Assembly (NCBI GenBank): GCA_964645535.1
Contig: CAZYCQ010000019.1
Span: 9,056-33,055 of the forward strand
DNA from: an uncultured archaeon
GTDB taxonomy: Archaea > Asgardarchaeota > Heimdallarchaeia > Heimdallarchaeales > Kariarchaeaceae
Length of the DNA stretch: 24,000 nt
Direction of reading: 5' to 3'
Part shown: piece after piece, positions 1-7,813 of the stretch
How positions within the stretch are numbered: position 1 is the stretch's first letter
Layout of the letters: the number at the start of each line of letters is the position of its first letter
The notes under the pieces: model-generated
What the model was told of the DNA's origin: nothing
The model's input: only the letters and a program-made list of their open reading frames with translations
The model's database searches: none
Program-made: the position numbers and the translations under genes

Positions 1-38
1 TGAATGGGGAATCGTTTTTATAGGGTAGGTTTTCGGTA

Positions 39-46
39 TTATATAA
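39..46 (+). promoter_or_regulatory. TATA-box-like element upstream of ppdK
   Basis: The sequence ttatataa lies in the non-coding leader. Its centre is about 28 nt upstream of the ATG at 72, which is the spacing expected for an archaeal TATA box with a near-leaderless mRNA. Confidence 0.35.
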
Positions 47-56
47 CCATAAAATA

Positions 57-2897
57 ATGGTTGGGATACCAATGAAACGCGTCTTCCTTTTTGGAGAAAT
101 TGAACCTGATAAGGCACTGCTTGGCGGCAAAGGTGCGTCACTTGCAACCATGACCCGTTTGGGTCTGCCGGTTCCACCGGGATTCACCATTACCGCACCA
201 ACCTGCATGGAATATCTCCGCAACAACAACACCTTTCCAGAAGGACTTTGGAATGAAGTTCTGGAAGCCATGAAACAAGTCGAGAAAAAGATGGATCGTA
301 AATTCGGTGACTTGGAGTTTCCATTACTTGTTTCTGTCAGATCTGGTGCCAAAATAAGCATGCCTGGAATGATGGATACTGTCCTTAACGTAGGTCTTAC
401 CCAAGAAATGTTGGAACCATTCGGCAAACGAATTGGCAATCCAAAATTTGTCAAGGACAGCTTTCGTAGACTTATTTTCATGTTTGCTGATGTGGTTTGC
501 GGCTTGGATACGGAACCCTTTTCGGAAATACTGGATCGCGAGAAAAAAGAAACAGGTGCCGAATATGACTATCAACTCACAGAAAAAAGTCTGGATAGGG
601 TCATTGAACGGTATCTCGAACTGTTCAAAGAGAAATTCGGTGAACCCTTTCCGTCTGATCCGTACCGTCAGCTAGAACTGGCCATCCACGCTGTTTTCAA
701 ATCATGGAATAACAAACGTGCCATCAACTACCGAAAATTCGAGGGTATTCCTGATGATATAGGTACCGCAGTTAATGTTCAAAGCATGGCATTTGGAAAT
801 CTAGATGAACGGAGCGGAACTGGCGTTCTATTCACACGAAATCCCGCTTCCGGAGTGGATGAGATCTATGGTGAATTTCTGCTTCAGGCTCAAGGAGAGG
901 ATGTGGTGGCAGGAATCAGGACTCCTTTTCCCATCAGTAAACTCAAGGAACTCATGCCCGAAATTTATGAGCAGTTGCAAACCTATGCAAAAACCCTTGA
1001 ACGGCACTATCGGGATATGCAGGACATTGAATTCACCATCGAAAGCGGGAAGCTCTTTATCCTCCAAACTCGTGCAGGAAAGAGAACAGGCACTGCTTCT
1101 GCCAAAATTGCTGTGGATCTTGTCAATGAAGGTCTGATTGCAAGGGAAGAAGCTGTAATGAGGGTTTCGCCAAGGGATGTTGAATCCAGTATGTTCCCAA
1201 GCGTTGTCTGGGAAAACCCCAAAAAACATCTATATTATGATATTCCCGATTTTGATGAGCAGATTCACAAGAAACCCCTCACCGAGGTCATCAAGGATGC
1301 TCCGACCAAAAAGGCAACCGTCATCGGTTCTGGATTGCCTGCTGGTCCCGGTGCCGCGGCTGGTCATATCGTCTTTGATTCGGACTTGGCTGAGGAAATT
1401 GTGAAAGGAGAAACCCAACCTTCGTTTGAGGTCAAGGTCTGGAGAGAAACTGGTGGCAAGAAGGTTCCTAGCCTAATTCTCGTCAAAAAAGAAACATCTC
1501 CTGAGGACTTCCATGGAATGGTAGCTTCAGCAGGCATCATCACAATGACCGGGGGATTGACTTCCCATGCCGCCTTGGTCGGAAGGCAGATCGGCAAACG
1601 TGTAATTGTCGGAGCCAGCAATTCAGGCATCGACCTGCTCGGCAAGAAACTACGAACAAAGTCTGGACTAGTACTCAATGAAGGTGACATCGTTTCGATG
1701 GAAGTCTTTGACAAAGCCGAAATCTTCAGGGAAAAGCTGCCGATCTATACCCCCACCGAACTCCCCCAAGAAATTCTGACAGTCCTTGAATGGGCTGATG
1801 AATTTGCAAAAATCAAGGTGCGGGCAAACGCTGACAAGGAAAAGGATGCACTGACTGCCAAAGAATTCAATGCTCAGGGTATCGGTCTGGCAAGAACAGA
1901 ACACCAATTCTTCGATGCATTGGATCTTGTCCAAGAGATGATCCTTTCAGAAACAAAGGAAGAACGGCTTGAAGCTCTCAATAAGATGATCGGACTTCAG
2001 AGGGAAGACTTCACCAAATTGTTCCGCGTACTTCATGGACTGCCTGTCACCATCAGGTTGCTTGACCCTCCCCTCCATGAATTCCTGCCAAAAGAATTGG
2101 AGATCAGGGAACGGATTTGGCAACAGATCCTCAACCCTGAACAATCGGCCAGAAACATCAAAATCCTCCGAAAGGTTCTCTACTACCAAGAGGCAAATCC
2201 AATGCTTGGTCTGCGAGGATGTAGACTGGGATTGCTCTTCCCCGAAATAACCGAAATGCAGACACGAGCTATTATCGAAGCTGCATTGCAGGTCAAAAAG
2301 GAGGGAATCGAAGTCCATCCCGAAATCATGATCCCATTGGTCGGCTTCAAGGAAGAATTCCTCCTCTCACGAGAGATTGTCGACCGTACGGCTGAAAAAG
2401 TATTCCAGGAATGGAATGACCGTATCGAATACAAGGTGGGAACAATGATCGAAATCCCAAGGGCTGCCTTGACCGCTGATGAAATTGCGGAAGGGAAATT
2501 AGGAGCTGACTTCTTCTCATTCGGAACCAACGACCTTCATCAGATGACTCTCGGTTTTTCAAGAGATGATGTCGGAAAATTCCTCCCCTTCTACCTAGAA
2601 GAAGGCATCATCAAGAAGGATCCGTTCCAGACCATTGATGTCCATGGAGTCGGCAAGCTTATGGACATGTGTGTCTCCCTCGGACGAGGCAGTTCCCAAA
2701 AAGCTGGAAAGTATCTGAAAGTTGGAATCTGTGGAGAACAGGGAGGCGACCCCGATTCCATCGATTTCTGCTATAGGATTGGCCTAGATTATGTATCCTG
2801 TTCCCCATACCGGGTTCCCGTAGCTCGTTTGGCTGCTGCTCAAGCAACACTGAGAAATCCTGAACCTGATGCAAAATTCGGTAAGAAAACTGATTGA
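57..2897 (+). CDS. ppdK: Pyruvate, phosphate dikinase
   Basis: 946-aa ORF. It has the N-terminal ATP-grasp motif LLGGKGASLATM, the phosphohistidine swivel motif GGLTSHAALVGR, and the C-terminal PEP/pyruvate barrel motifs GLARTEHQF, FFSFGTNDL and CGEQGGDP. The true start may be the ATG at 72 (MKRVFLFG...). Confidence 0.95.
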   Translation: MVGIPMKRVFLFGEIEPDKALLGGKGASLATMTRLGLPVPPGFTITAPTCMEYLRNNNTFPEGLWNEVLEAMKQVEKKMDRKFGDLEFPLLVSVRSGAKISMPGMMDTVLNVGLTQEMLEPFGKRIGNPKFVKDSFRRLIFMFADVVCGLDTEPFSEILDREKKETGAEYDYQLTEKSLDRVIERYLELFKEKFGEPFPSDPYRQLELAIHAVFKSWNNKRAINYRKFEGIPDDIGTAVNVQSMAFGNLDERSGTGVLFTRNPASGVDEIYGEFLLQAQGEDVVAGIRTPFPISKLKELMPEIYEQLQTYAKTLERHYRDMQDIEFTIESGKLFILQTRAGKRTGTASAKIAVDLVNEGLIAREEAVMRVSPRDVESSMFPSVVWENPKKHLYYDIPDFDEQIHKKPLTEVIKDAPTKKATVIGSGLPAGPGAAAGHIVFDSDLAEEIVKGETQPSFEVKVWRETGGKKVPSLILVKKETSPEDFHGMVASAGIITMTGGLTSHAALVGRQIGKRVIVGASNSGIDLLGKKLRTKSGLVLNEGDIVSMEVFDKAEIFREKLPIYTPTELPQEILTVLEWADEFAKIKVRANADKEKDALTAKEFNAQGIGLARTEHQFFDALDLVQEMILSETKEERLEALNKMIGLQREDFTKLFRVLHGLPVTIRLLDPPLHEFLPKELEIRERIWQQILNPEQSARNIKILRKVLYYQEANPMLGLRGCRLGLLFPEITEMQTRAIIEAALQVKKEGIEVHPEIMIPLVGFKEEFLLSREIVDRTAEKVFQEWNDRIEYKVGTMIEIPRAALTADEIAEGKLGADFFSFGTNDLHQMTLGFSRDDVGKFLPFYLEEGIIKKDPFQTIDVHGVGKLMDMCVSLGRGSSQKAGKYLKVGICGEQGGDPDSIDFCYRIGLDYVSCSPYRVPVARLAAAQATLRNPEPDAKFGKKTD

Positions 2898-3007
2898 GAA
2901 TATTCCGTCAAAATTCCTATATGATTTGAATTCAATTCCTGCTCATTTTCTGTGGCTTCCCTCTATTAATTGGAATAGATTTATCTAATGGACATTTTAA
3001 TCAACAT

Positions 3008-4591
3008 ATGGTCATTCTGACCAATGTCAAGCTCTTCAATCCTGAAACCCTCCAGTTCGAACAATGGAAGGAAATCTCCATTGAGGATGGCTTGATCAAG
3101 TCAATGCGGCAGGAAATGACGGAAAATGACACGAATGCCATTGATTGCAAGGGTTTGTTCGTTCTTCCAGGTCTCATTGATGCCCACATCCATTTCTTCC
3201 AAAGTGGAGGGCTATACACCCGACCGGATGTCATTGACCTTCGAAATCTCAAAACCTATCAGGATGAACAACGTTGGATACGTGACAACCTCGACGATAC
3301 CTTCAAAAGGTACTTGGCTTCCGGTGTGACTGCCGTGGTGGATTGCGGTGGCCCCTTCTGGAACTTTGAGGTACGTGACACATCCATGCAGACCAATGCC
3401 CCTCTGACCGCCGTCACAGGGCCACTCATCTCAACAGTCAGCAGAGACCAGCTGGATCTGGGAGACCCCCCCATCATTCAAACAGAAACCCCTGAAGAGG
3501 CTATCGATCTTGTTACACGGATTGCATCGCATATTCCCGTATTCATCAAGATCTGGTTCATCTATAGACCCGAAAAATTTGATGAGGATGCCGATATTGT
3601 CAAGACAACCATCCAAGAGGCACATCGTCTCGGGATCAGGGTCGCTGTCCATGCAACCGAACTGCAAACCGCAAAGGTCGCTGTCAGGCAGGGGGCAGAC
3701 ATCCTTGTCCATAGTGTATTTGATACACTGGTTGACGATGAATTCATCGAAATGATGGTCAAAAACAAGGTCATCTACATCCCTACCCTCATTGTCCGCA
3801 CCGGCTACCGGGATGTCCTCTCCAAGACTCCCATGATCTCCCTGTTCGAGGAAAGATGGGGAAATCCAGATGTCATCTCCTCTTGGTTTGACATGTTTGA
3901 CCAAGATGCAGTCGAAAGAGCACCGATCTCCTCCATAGGTCAACAAAACCTTGAAAGACTTGCCCAAGCAGGCGCCATTATTGCAACCGGCACCGATGCA
4001 GGAAATATAGGAACTTTGCATGGTCCATCCATCCACCGGGAAATGGAAGAGATGGTGAGAGCAGGAATGACCCCTGCCCAAGTCCTGCAAGCAACAACCC
4101 TCAATGCCGCTAAGGTATTTGGAGACCCCTCCCTCGGGAAAATCATCCCCGGATCTCCTGCAAATCTCCTTATTCTCTCAAGAAATCCGTTGAACGACAT
4201 ATCCGCTACCACTTCCATCAAATACGTCATCTCAAAGGGAACACTTTACAGACCTGAACAGTTGATCCATCCAAATGTTCCAGAATGGGTAATAGACCAG
4301 TTCTACATCGCAATAAATTCTCCGGGACTGGTAGATCTCAAGGATGTTCTCCACCCTGAGATTACCCTATACAAAATGAATTCCGACAAAATTCTTGCCC
4401 AAGGGTCTTCTGAAGTTTCGGACGTCCTGCATGATATTTTCGGCAAGAACGGAAGAGTCACCCTCCATTCACGGATTCCCCTGAAAAACATGATCATGGA
4501 CAAGGTATATCCCATCACCAACCCCATGACCCCCATGAGCATCTATTATGAGATAAGGCTACTCAGAATCAGCGCCATTTGGATACAATAA
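3008..4591 (+). CDS. Metal-dependent amidohydrolase family protein with an uncharacterised C-terminal extension of about 100 aa
   Basis: 527-aa ORF. It has the N-terminal metal-binding signature LPGLIDAHIHF, followed by VAVHATE and ATGTDAGN motifs typical of the amidohydrolase TIM barrel. A TATA-like gatttatcta at 2978-2987 is centred about 27 nt upstream of the ATG, which suggests a leaderless mRNA. Confidence 0.8.
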   Translation: MVILTNVKLFNPETLQFEQWKEISIEDGLIKSMRQEMTENDTNAIDCKGLFVLPGLIDAHIHFFQSGGLYTRPDVIDLRNLKTYQDEQRWIRDNLDDTFKRYLASGVTAVVDCGGPFWNFEVRDTSMQTNAPLTAVTGPLISTVSRDQLDLGDPPIIQTETPEEAIDLVTRIASHIPVFIKIWFIYRPEKFDEDADIVKTTIQEAHRLGIRVAVHATELQTAKVAVRQGADILVHSVFDTLVDDEFIEMMVKNKVIYIPTLIVRTGYRDVLSKTPMISLFEERWGNPDVISSWFDMFDQDAVERAPISSIGQQNLERLAQAGAIIATGTDAGNIGTLHGPSIHREMEEMVRAGMTPAQVLQATTLNAAKVFGDPSLGKIIPGSPANLLILSRNPLNDISATTSIKYVISKGTLYRPEQLIHPNVPEWVIDQFYIAINSPGLVDLKDVLHPEITLYKMNSDKILAQGSSEVSDVLHDIFGKNGRVTLHSRIPLKNMIMDKVYPITNPMTPMSIYYEIRLLRISAIWIQ

Positions 4592-4594
4592 ATC

Positions 4595-5290
4595 CTATTC
4601 CTCCCTTTCCAACTCTTCCTCTTCCAGTTTCTCCGAAACCGGTCCGAAAAGATCTGCTTCAAGCATGTCCGAGCTTTCCTCAATCCCATTCTCCTCACTG
4701 CTGGATGTCATCCCTTCTGAATGGATCGTTGAGGTCATCAGGTTCCTGACCATGTCATATTCTGGTTCGCTCGATTCAAACAATGCAAATCCTTCCAAAC
4801 GATCCGGCGTAAGAAATGAGTTGAAGGAATTGACCACCTTCTCACTGGGAAGCTCCAACGCAAATCCTATGGTTTCACTCAGGACATTCCGACAGGCTGT
4901 GAACAGGGGAACCAATCCCTCATCCTTAGATCCCAGCACCATGATGTTGACCTTCCCGTCCAATGCAAGATCATACACCTCCAGCAGGAAACTCAACTCA
5001 AAAAAAGTCTTGGGAAATACCTTCACCGAAAATCCTGCCCGTTGAATCACGTCAAGCTCCGCTGCCTTCATCTGACGAGGGGAAATTATCAATGCCACCT
5101 TGACCTGACCCATCTCCGAAAATTTCTGACGTAGACTGTCCAAGACATTCAGGTTGACCTGACCCTTCTCTTCCAGAACCCCCAAATCTAGTACAATCCC
5201 GATACGGGGTTTGCGGGTCAACATCCCCAAAAGATCAGTCAGGTATTCTGTCACTGGGTCGGCCTCATATCCCTTTCCTCTCCTGAGCAC
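4595..5290 (-). CDS. Hypothetical protein, NYN/LabA-like (PIN-fold) layout with an acidic C-terminal tail
   Basis: 231-aa ORF with a GTG start; an alternative ATG lies at 5224. The pattern RIGIVLDLG ... VKVALIISP ... AGFSVKVFP ... DLALDGKVNIMVLGSKDEGLVPLF follows the strand/helix order of LabA/NYN domains. The C-terminus is Glu/Asp/Ser-rich (EKLEEEELEREE). The call is by eye only. Confidence 0.5.
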   Translation of the reverse strand: MLRRGKGYEADPVTEYLTDLLGMLTRKPRIGIVLDLGVLEEKGQVNLNVLDSLRQKFSEMGQVKVALIISPRQMKAAELDVIQRAGFSVKVFPKTFFELSFLLEVYDLALDGKVNIMVLGSKDEGLVPLFTACRNVLSETIGFALELPSEKVVNSFNSFLTPDRLEGFALFESSEPEYDMVRNLMTSTIHSEGMTSSSEENGIEESSDMLEADLFGPVSEKLEEEELEREE

Positions 5291-5441
5291 TTAATCTTTT
5301 TGAACAAAAAGCAGAAAATCAGAACATCCTGCGAGTGCCTAGAAACAGAAATACAGGCATCATCCTTTTTGTAGTGAGAATTTAGATTCAGTCGACCGCA
5401 AATCGAAAATTTAATCTACTGAAAATGTCCTTCCATTTCCT

Positions 5442-5924
5442 GTGAATGAACCCGCTCCACTCCGCAACCCCCCACAAACAGGTCCCATCGGAAGAACCGG
5501 AAGGGCTGTCATGGGCATCCTTTTCCTTGCAATAACTCTCAGGGTGTTCCTTGTGAGCACCAGGGACTTCCTGGCCGATGCCCTCGCCTCTGCTGTCGCT
5601 TTCCTCGGGATTTTCATCGTCTACTACGCCCTGCATAGGCTGATTGAATCCGGACGGGTCACTCTGAACGGCTTTTCCGCCGCAGTTCTGGCAAACGGAA
5701 TTGTGGGATCGACAATGGGACTTGGCTATTTCCTTCAAAATCTTCCTCTCTTCATCGGATCAACCCTTTACATCGGCATCACCCTTCTCATTTCCAGCTA
5801 CAGAAAATATCCCGGATGCGAAGTCATGTCACTCCCCGCCCTCCTGACAAGAAAGCATACCTCCCTGCCATGCCTCGTCTTTTCCCAAATCGACAAATGG
5901 GAAAATGCGCATAGCAACGACTAA
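5442..5924 (+). CDS. Integral membrane protein (about 4 TM segments) with a conserved-looking Cys pair near the C-terminus
   Basis: 160-aa ORF with a GTG start; the likely ATG start is at 5511 (MGILFLAITL...). It has several hydrophobic stretches. The C-terminal segment YPGCEVMSLPALLTRKHTSLPCLVF contains the Cys pair. I recognise no family. Confidence 0.6.
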   Translation: MNEPAPLRNPPQTGPIGRTGRAVMGILFLAITLRVFLVSTRDFLADALASAVAFLGIFIVYYALHRLIESGRVTLNGFSAAVLANGIVGSTMGLGYFLQNLPLFIGSTLYIGITLLISSYRKYPGCEVMSLPALLTRKHTSLPCLVFSQIDKWENAHSND

Positions 5925-6013
5925 ACGAAAATTACTATCATCCATTTCATGAAACAAAAATACTCAAACAAACTGTTCCGTTTTCTCAGTTAGATGGATT
6001 TGTGTTATTCATT

Positions 6014-6526
6014 TCAAATGTCATTAAGATCAAAAAACAATGTTACATATTTTTTTGTTTGATCACATTTTTCAAAACCAAACTTCTCATAATATTTAAT
6101 TAATTTATGATTCGGTTCCCCATTTTTATGTCGTACTTGAACAACAACAATTCGACATCCTATTTTCTCTTTCTCCTCATTTGCCAATTTTATTATGTGA
6201 CCAATTAGCATTTTTGCAACTTTCTTTTGTTTTGCCTCTTCTGAATCATTGACTGCAATTTTACCAAGTAAGACCGCAGGAATTTTGAATTTCTTGGCGA
6301 AAATATCAATTTTGAATGCATTCATGCTTGCAGTTGCAAATCCTAAAACATCTGTGCCATCAACATATTCATATACCACTGAAAAATTTTTTTTCATATT
6401 GTTCCAAGCTTCATTTCTATACCATTGATTAAAATCATCATCACGGCTAAAAATTCCTTTTTTAGGAAATCCCTGCATTTTCCTGATCAAAATTATCCCC
6501 TTCAGTCTGAAATTATCTCCTGCCAA
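6014..6526 (-). CDS. GNAT-family N-acetyltransferase, TacT/AtaT-like (putative toxin)
   Basis: 170-aa ORF from TTG 6526; an alternative ATG at 6478 gives 154 aa. It has the GNAT core pattern VLGFATASMNAF ... IPAVLLGKIAVND ... CRIVVVQV ... LIKYYEKFGFE. It is small and is the last gene of an overlapping operon, as in GNAT toxin modules. Confidence 0.65.
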   Translation of the reverse strand: MAGDNFRLKGIILIRKMQGFPKKGIFSRDDDFNQWYRNEAWNNMKKNFSVVYEYVDGTDVLGFATASMNAFKIDIFAKKFKIPAVLLGKIAVNDSEEAKQKKVAKMLIGHIIKLANEEKEKIGCRIVVVQVRHKNGEPNHKLIKYYEKFGFEKCDQTKKYVTLFFDLNDI

Positions 6527-6927
6527 AATTTTATTCTCCGTTTCTTCATCTCCGGATCTGGATTTTCTAGCTTTCTGAGAAATTCTTCTGCCTTTTTGCC
6601 TTTCACTTCAAGATTGTCATCATCTTCTGACCATGCAAATATCTCCATGTGATCCTCATTTGAAGTATCAGAATGCAAAAAAGCTAATGCAGCTGGCATA
6701 TTGGACTTTGACCGAACCTCACTTGAAGCAACTCTTTTTTCTAAAATTGATTGAATGATGGACGGATAATCTTTGAAATTTTCATTATCTTTACTCTTGC
6801 TCCTTCTGGTGAGGGGAAATTGAAATGAATCAGCGTATAGATTTCCTGTACCTGATGTAGTGTAGACAGTATCCAAATTAATCATTTGAAACTCCTCCCA
6901 ATCTACTTTGAATGATTTGTCTTGCAA
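6502..6927 (-). CDS. Hypothetical protein (candidate antitoxin/partner of the GNAT)
   Basis: 141-aa ORF from TTG 6927. The more likely start is ATG 6885 (MINLDTV..., 127 aa), which is embedded in the last codons of the upstream gene (aATGATTAA). The stop at 6502 overlaps or abuts the GNAT start. I recognise no domain. Confidence 0.55.
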   Translation of the reverse strand: MQDKSFKVDWEEFQMINLDTVYTTSGTGNLYADSFQFPLTRRSKSKDNENFKDYPSIIQSILEKRVASSEVRSKSNMPAALAFLHSDTSNEDHMEIFAWSEDDDNLEVKGKKAEEFLRKLENPDPEMKKRRIKFWQEIISD

Positions 6928-7354
6928 GAACTGATGATTTCATAACTTTGTTCAGCGTTGACATAAAACGACCAAGACCAAATTCATCCGCGTAGACATG
7001 TGAAACGATGCTATATCTATTATCTCCTTTCTCTCCTGTAAAATGGAGAAACAATTTCGGTTCTCGAGGAGTGACCCACATAAAAATTTCAGCCAATAGC
7101 TCTTGCTGTTTAGACTTTGACATTGATAGGTATACCTTCTCATGTTCACTGGATAATTGCACATTGCTGACAATATCTATCCTATGAGGAAAAGACTGGA
7201 TGATCAATATTAGTAAATTCGTAATTGGATCCCTAAATGACAAGGCAAATTGAATTTCATCTGTAATGTCTTTTTCTTCTTGCCATACATACCCCTCCAA
7301 ATCCAAAAATGCCTTGACCTGATTCTTTGCATCCTTTATATTCATTCCCTTCAA
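6878..7354 (-). CDS. Hypothetical protein, possibly YbjN/DUF2299-like (tentative)
   Basis: 158-aa ORF from TTG 7354; an ATG lies at 7345. A minus-strand TATA-like element (plus-strand 7371-7384, aaaatattttaatt) is centred about 27-32 nt upstream. The alternating alpha/beta pattern and the length resemble small archaeal chaperone-like proteins. That resemblance is by eye only. Confidence 0.55.
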   Translation of the reverse strand: MKGMNIKDAKNQVKAFLDLEGYVWQEEKDITDEIQFALSFRDPITNLLILIIQSFPHRIDIVSNVQLSSEHEKVYLSMSKSKQQELLAEIFMWVTPREPKLFLHFTGEKGDNRYSIVSHVYADEFGLGRFMSTLNKVMKSSVLARQIIQSRLGGVSND

Positions 7355-7619
7355 AAACTCTTAACACCAGAAAATATTTTAATTGTACTATTTCAACGTA
7401 ATTAAAAAGTACTATATGAAAAATTGGGTAATTTCAACAATGGACAAAAAAGATACCGACAACCAAGCATTCCTTACAATTTTGAACCTTTGAGTCTGAT
7501 ATCCATCTGCTGGTTCAAACCAAAACCCATGAAAAAAATTCGAGGAAATTATGCCTTTTAAATGGAAAATAGTTGTGTTTCACCTATGCCAAGTTCAAAA
7601 ACCACAATAATTAAGATAC

Positions 7620-7813
7620 AAGGACAGGTCGTCCGAAACTCGATTGGAACCCTTAAGGAAAGTGGACTCGTGAAAGGATCGAGCTGATCTGCTCCTGATC
7701 AAAGGCATCTTCTGACAGGATTTGTCCCCCTCATTCGGAAGGCAGGAGCGGTCTCAACGGGATGCGCCAAACTCGACGCCCTTCGCGTGGTGTTCAAGAA
7801 CAATGCATACTGA
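7620..7813 (+). other. GC-rich patch: gene relic (ORF with one in-frame TGA) or structured ncRNA, unresolved
   Basis: The GC content is locally much higher than the AT-rich surroundings. Long ORFs run on both strands (7722.. plus, 7699..7947 minus). Plus frame 2 is open from ATG 7562 to TGA 7811 except for a single TGA at 7685-7687, and that frame is G-rich at first codon positions. Confidence 0.25.

Noticed and set aside
3431-4090. Long antisense ORFs lie inside confident genes. Examples are 219 aa at 3431-4090 (minus), 207 aa at 15571-16194 (minus), 133 aa at 828-1229 (minus) and 116 aa at 5388-5738 (minus).
   Set aside because: They lie entirely within motif-supported genes on the other strand. 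Their composition is Cys/His/Ser/Arg-rich and not protein-like. They are the expected same-register shadow ORFs.
7641-7652. The sequence cgattggaaccc resembles the tRNA-Pro T-arm ggattcgaaccc (10041-10052) in 10 of 11 positions. It could have been a decayed att site or a second tRNA.
   Set aside because: The flanking sequence does not match the tRNA at all. As a T-loop it would carry a pyrimidine at the invariant purine-57 position, and no cloverleaf can be drawn around it.
7685-7687. I considered the in-frame TGA as selenocysteine or a recoded stop.
   Set aside because: TGA clearly terminates well-supported genes in this window, such as ppdK at 2895-2897 and Roadblock at 14498-14500. There is no redox-type Cys/Sec context, and the coding status of the surrounding ORF is itself doubtful.
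7620-7800. I considered SRP (7S) RNA or RNase P RNA in the GC-rich patch. The cues were cGGAAGGcAGGAGCgg, which resembles the helix-8 GGAA tetraloop plus AGCA. aaGGAAAGTggac and GACAGGAtttGTCC also resemble RNase P CR-I/CR-V.
   Set aside because: The 5' AGG partner of the SRP symmetric loop is missing, and the tetraloop closing pairs do not form. For RNase P the two P4-like strands are only about 47 nt apart, and complementarity stops after 4 bp. I could build no consistent fold for either family. Only a covariance-model scan could revive this.
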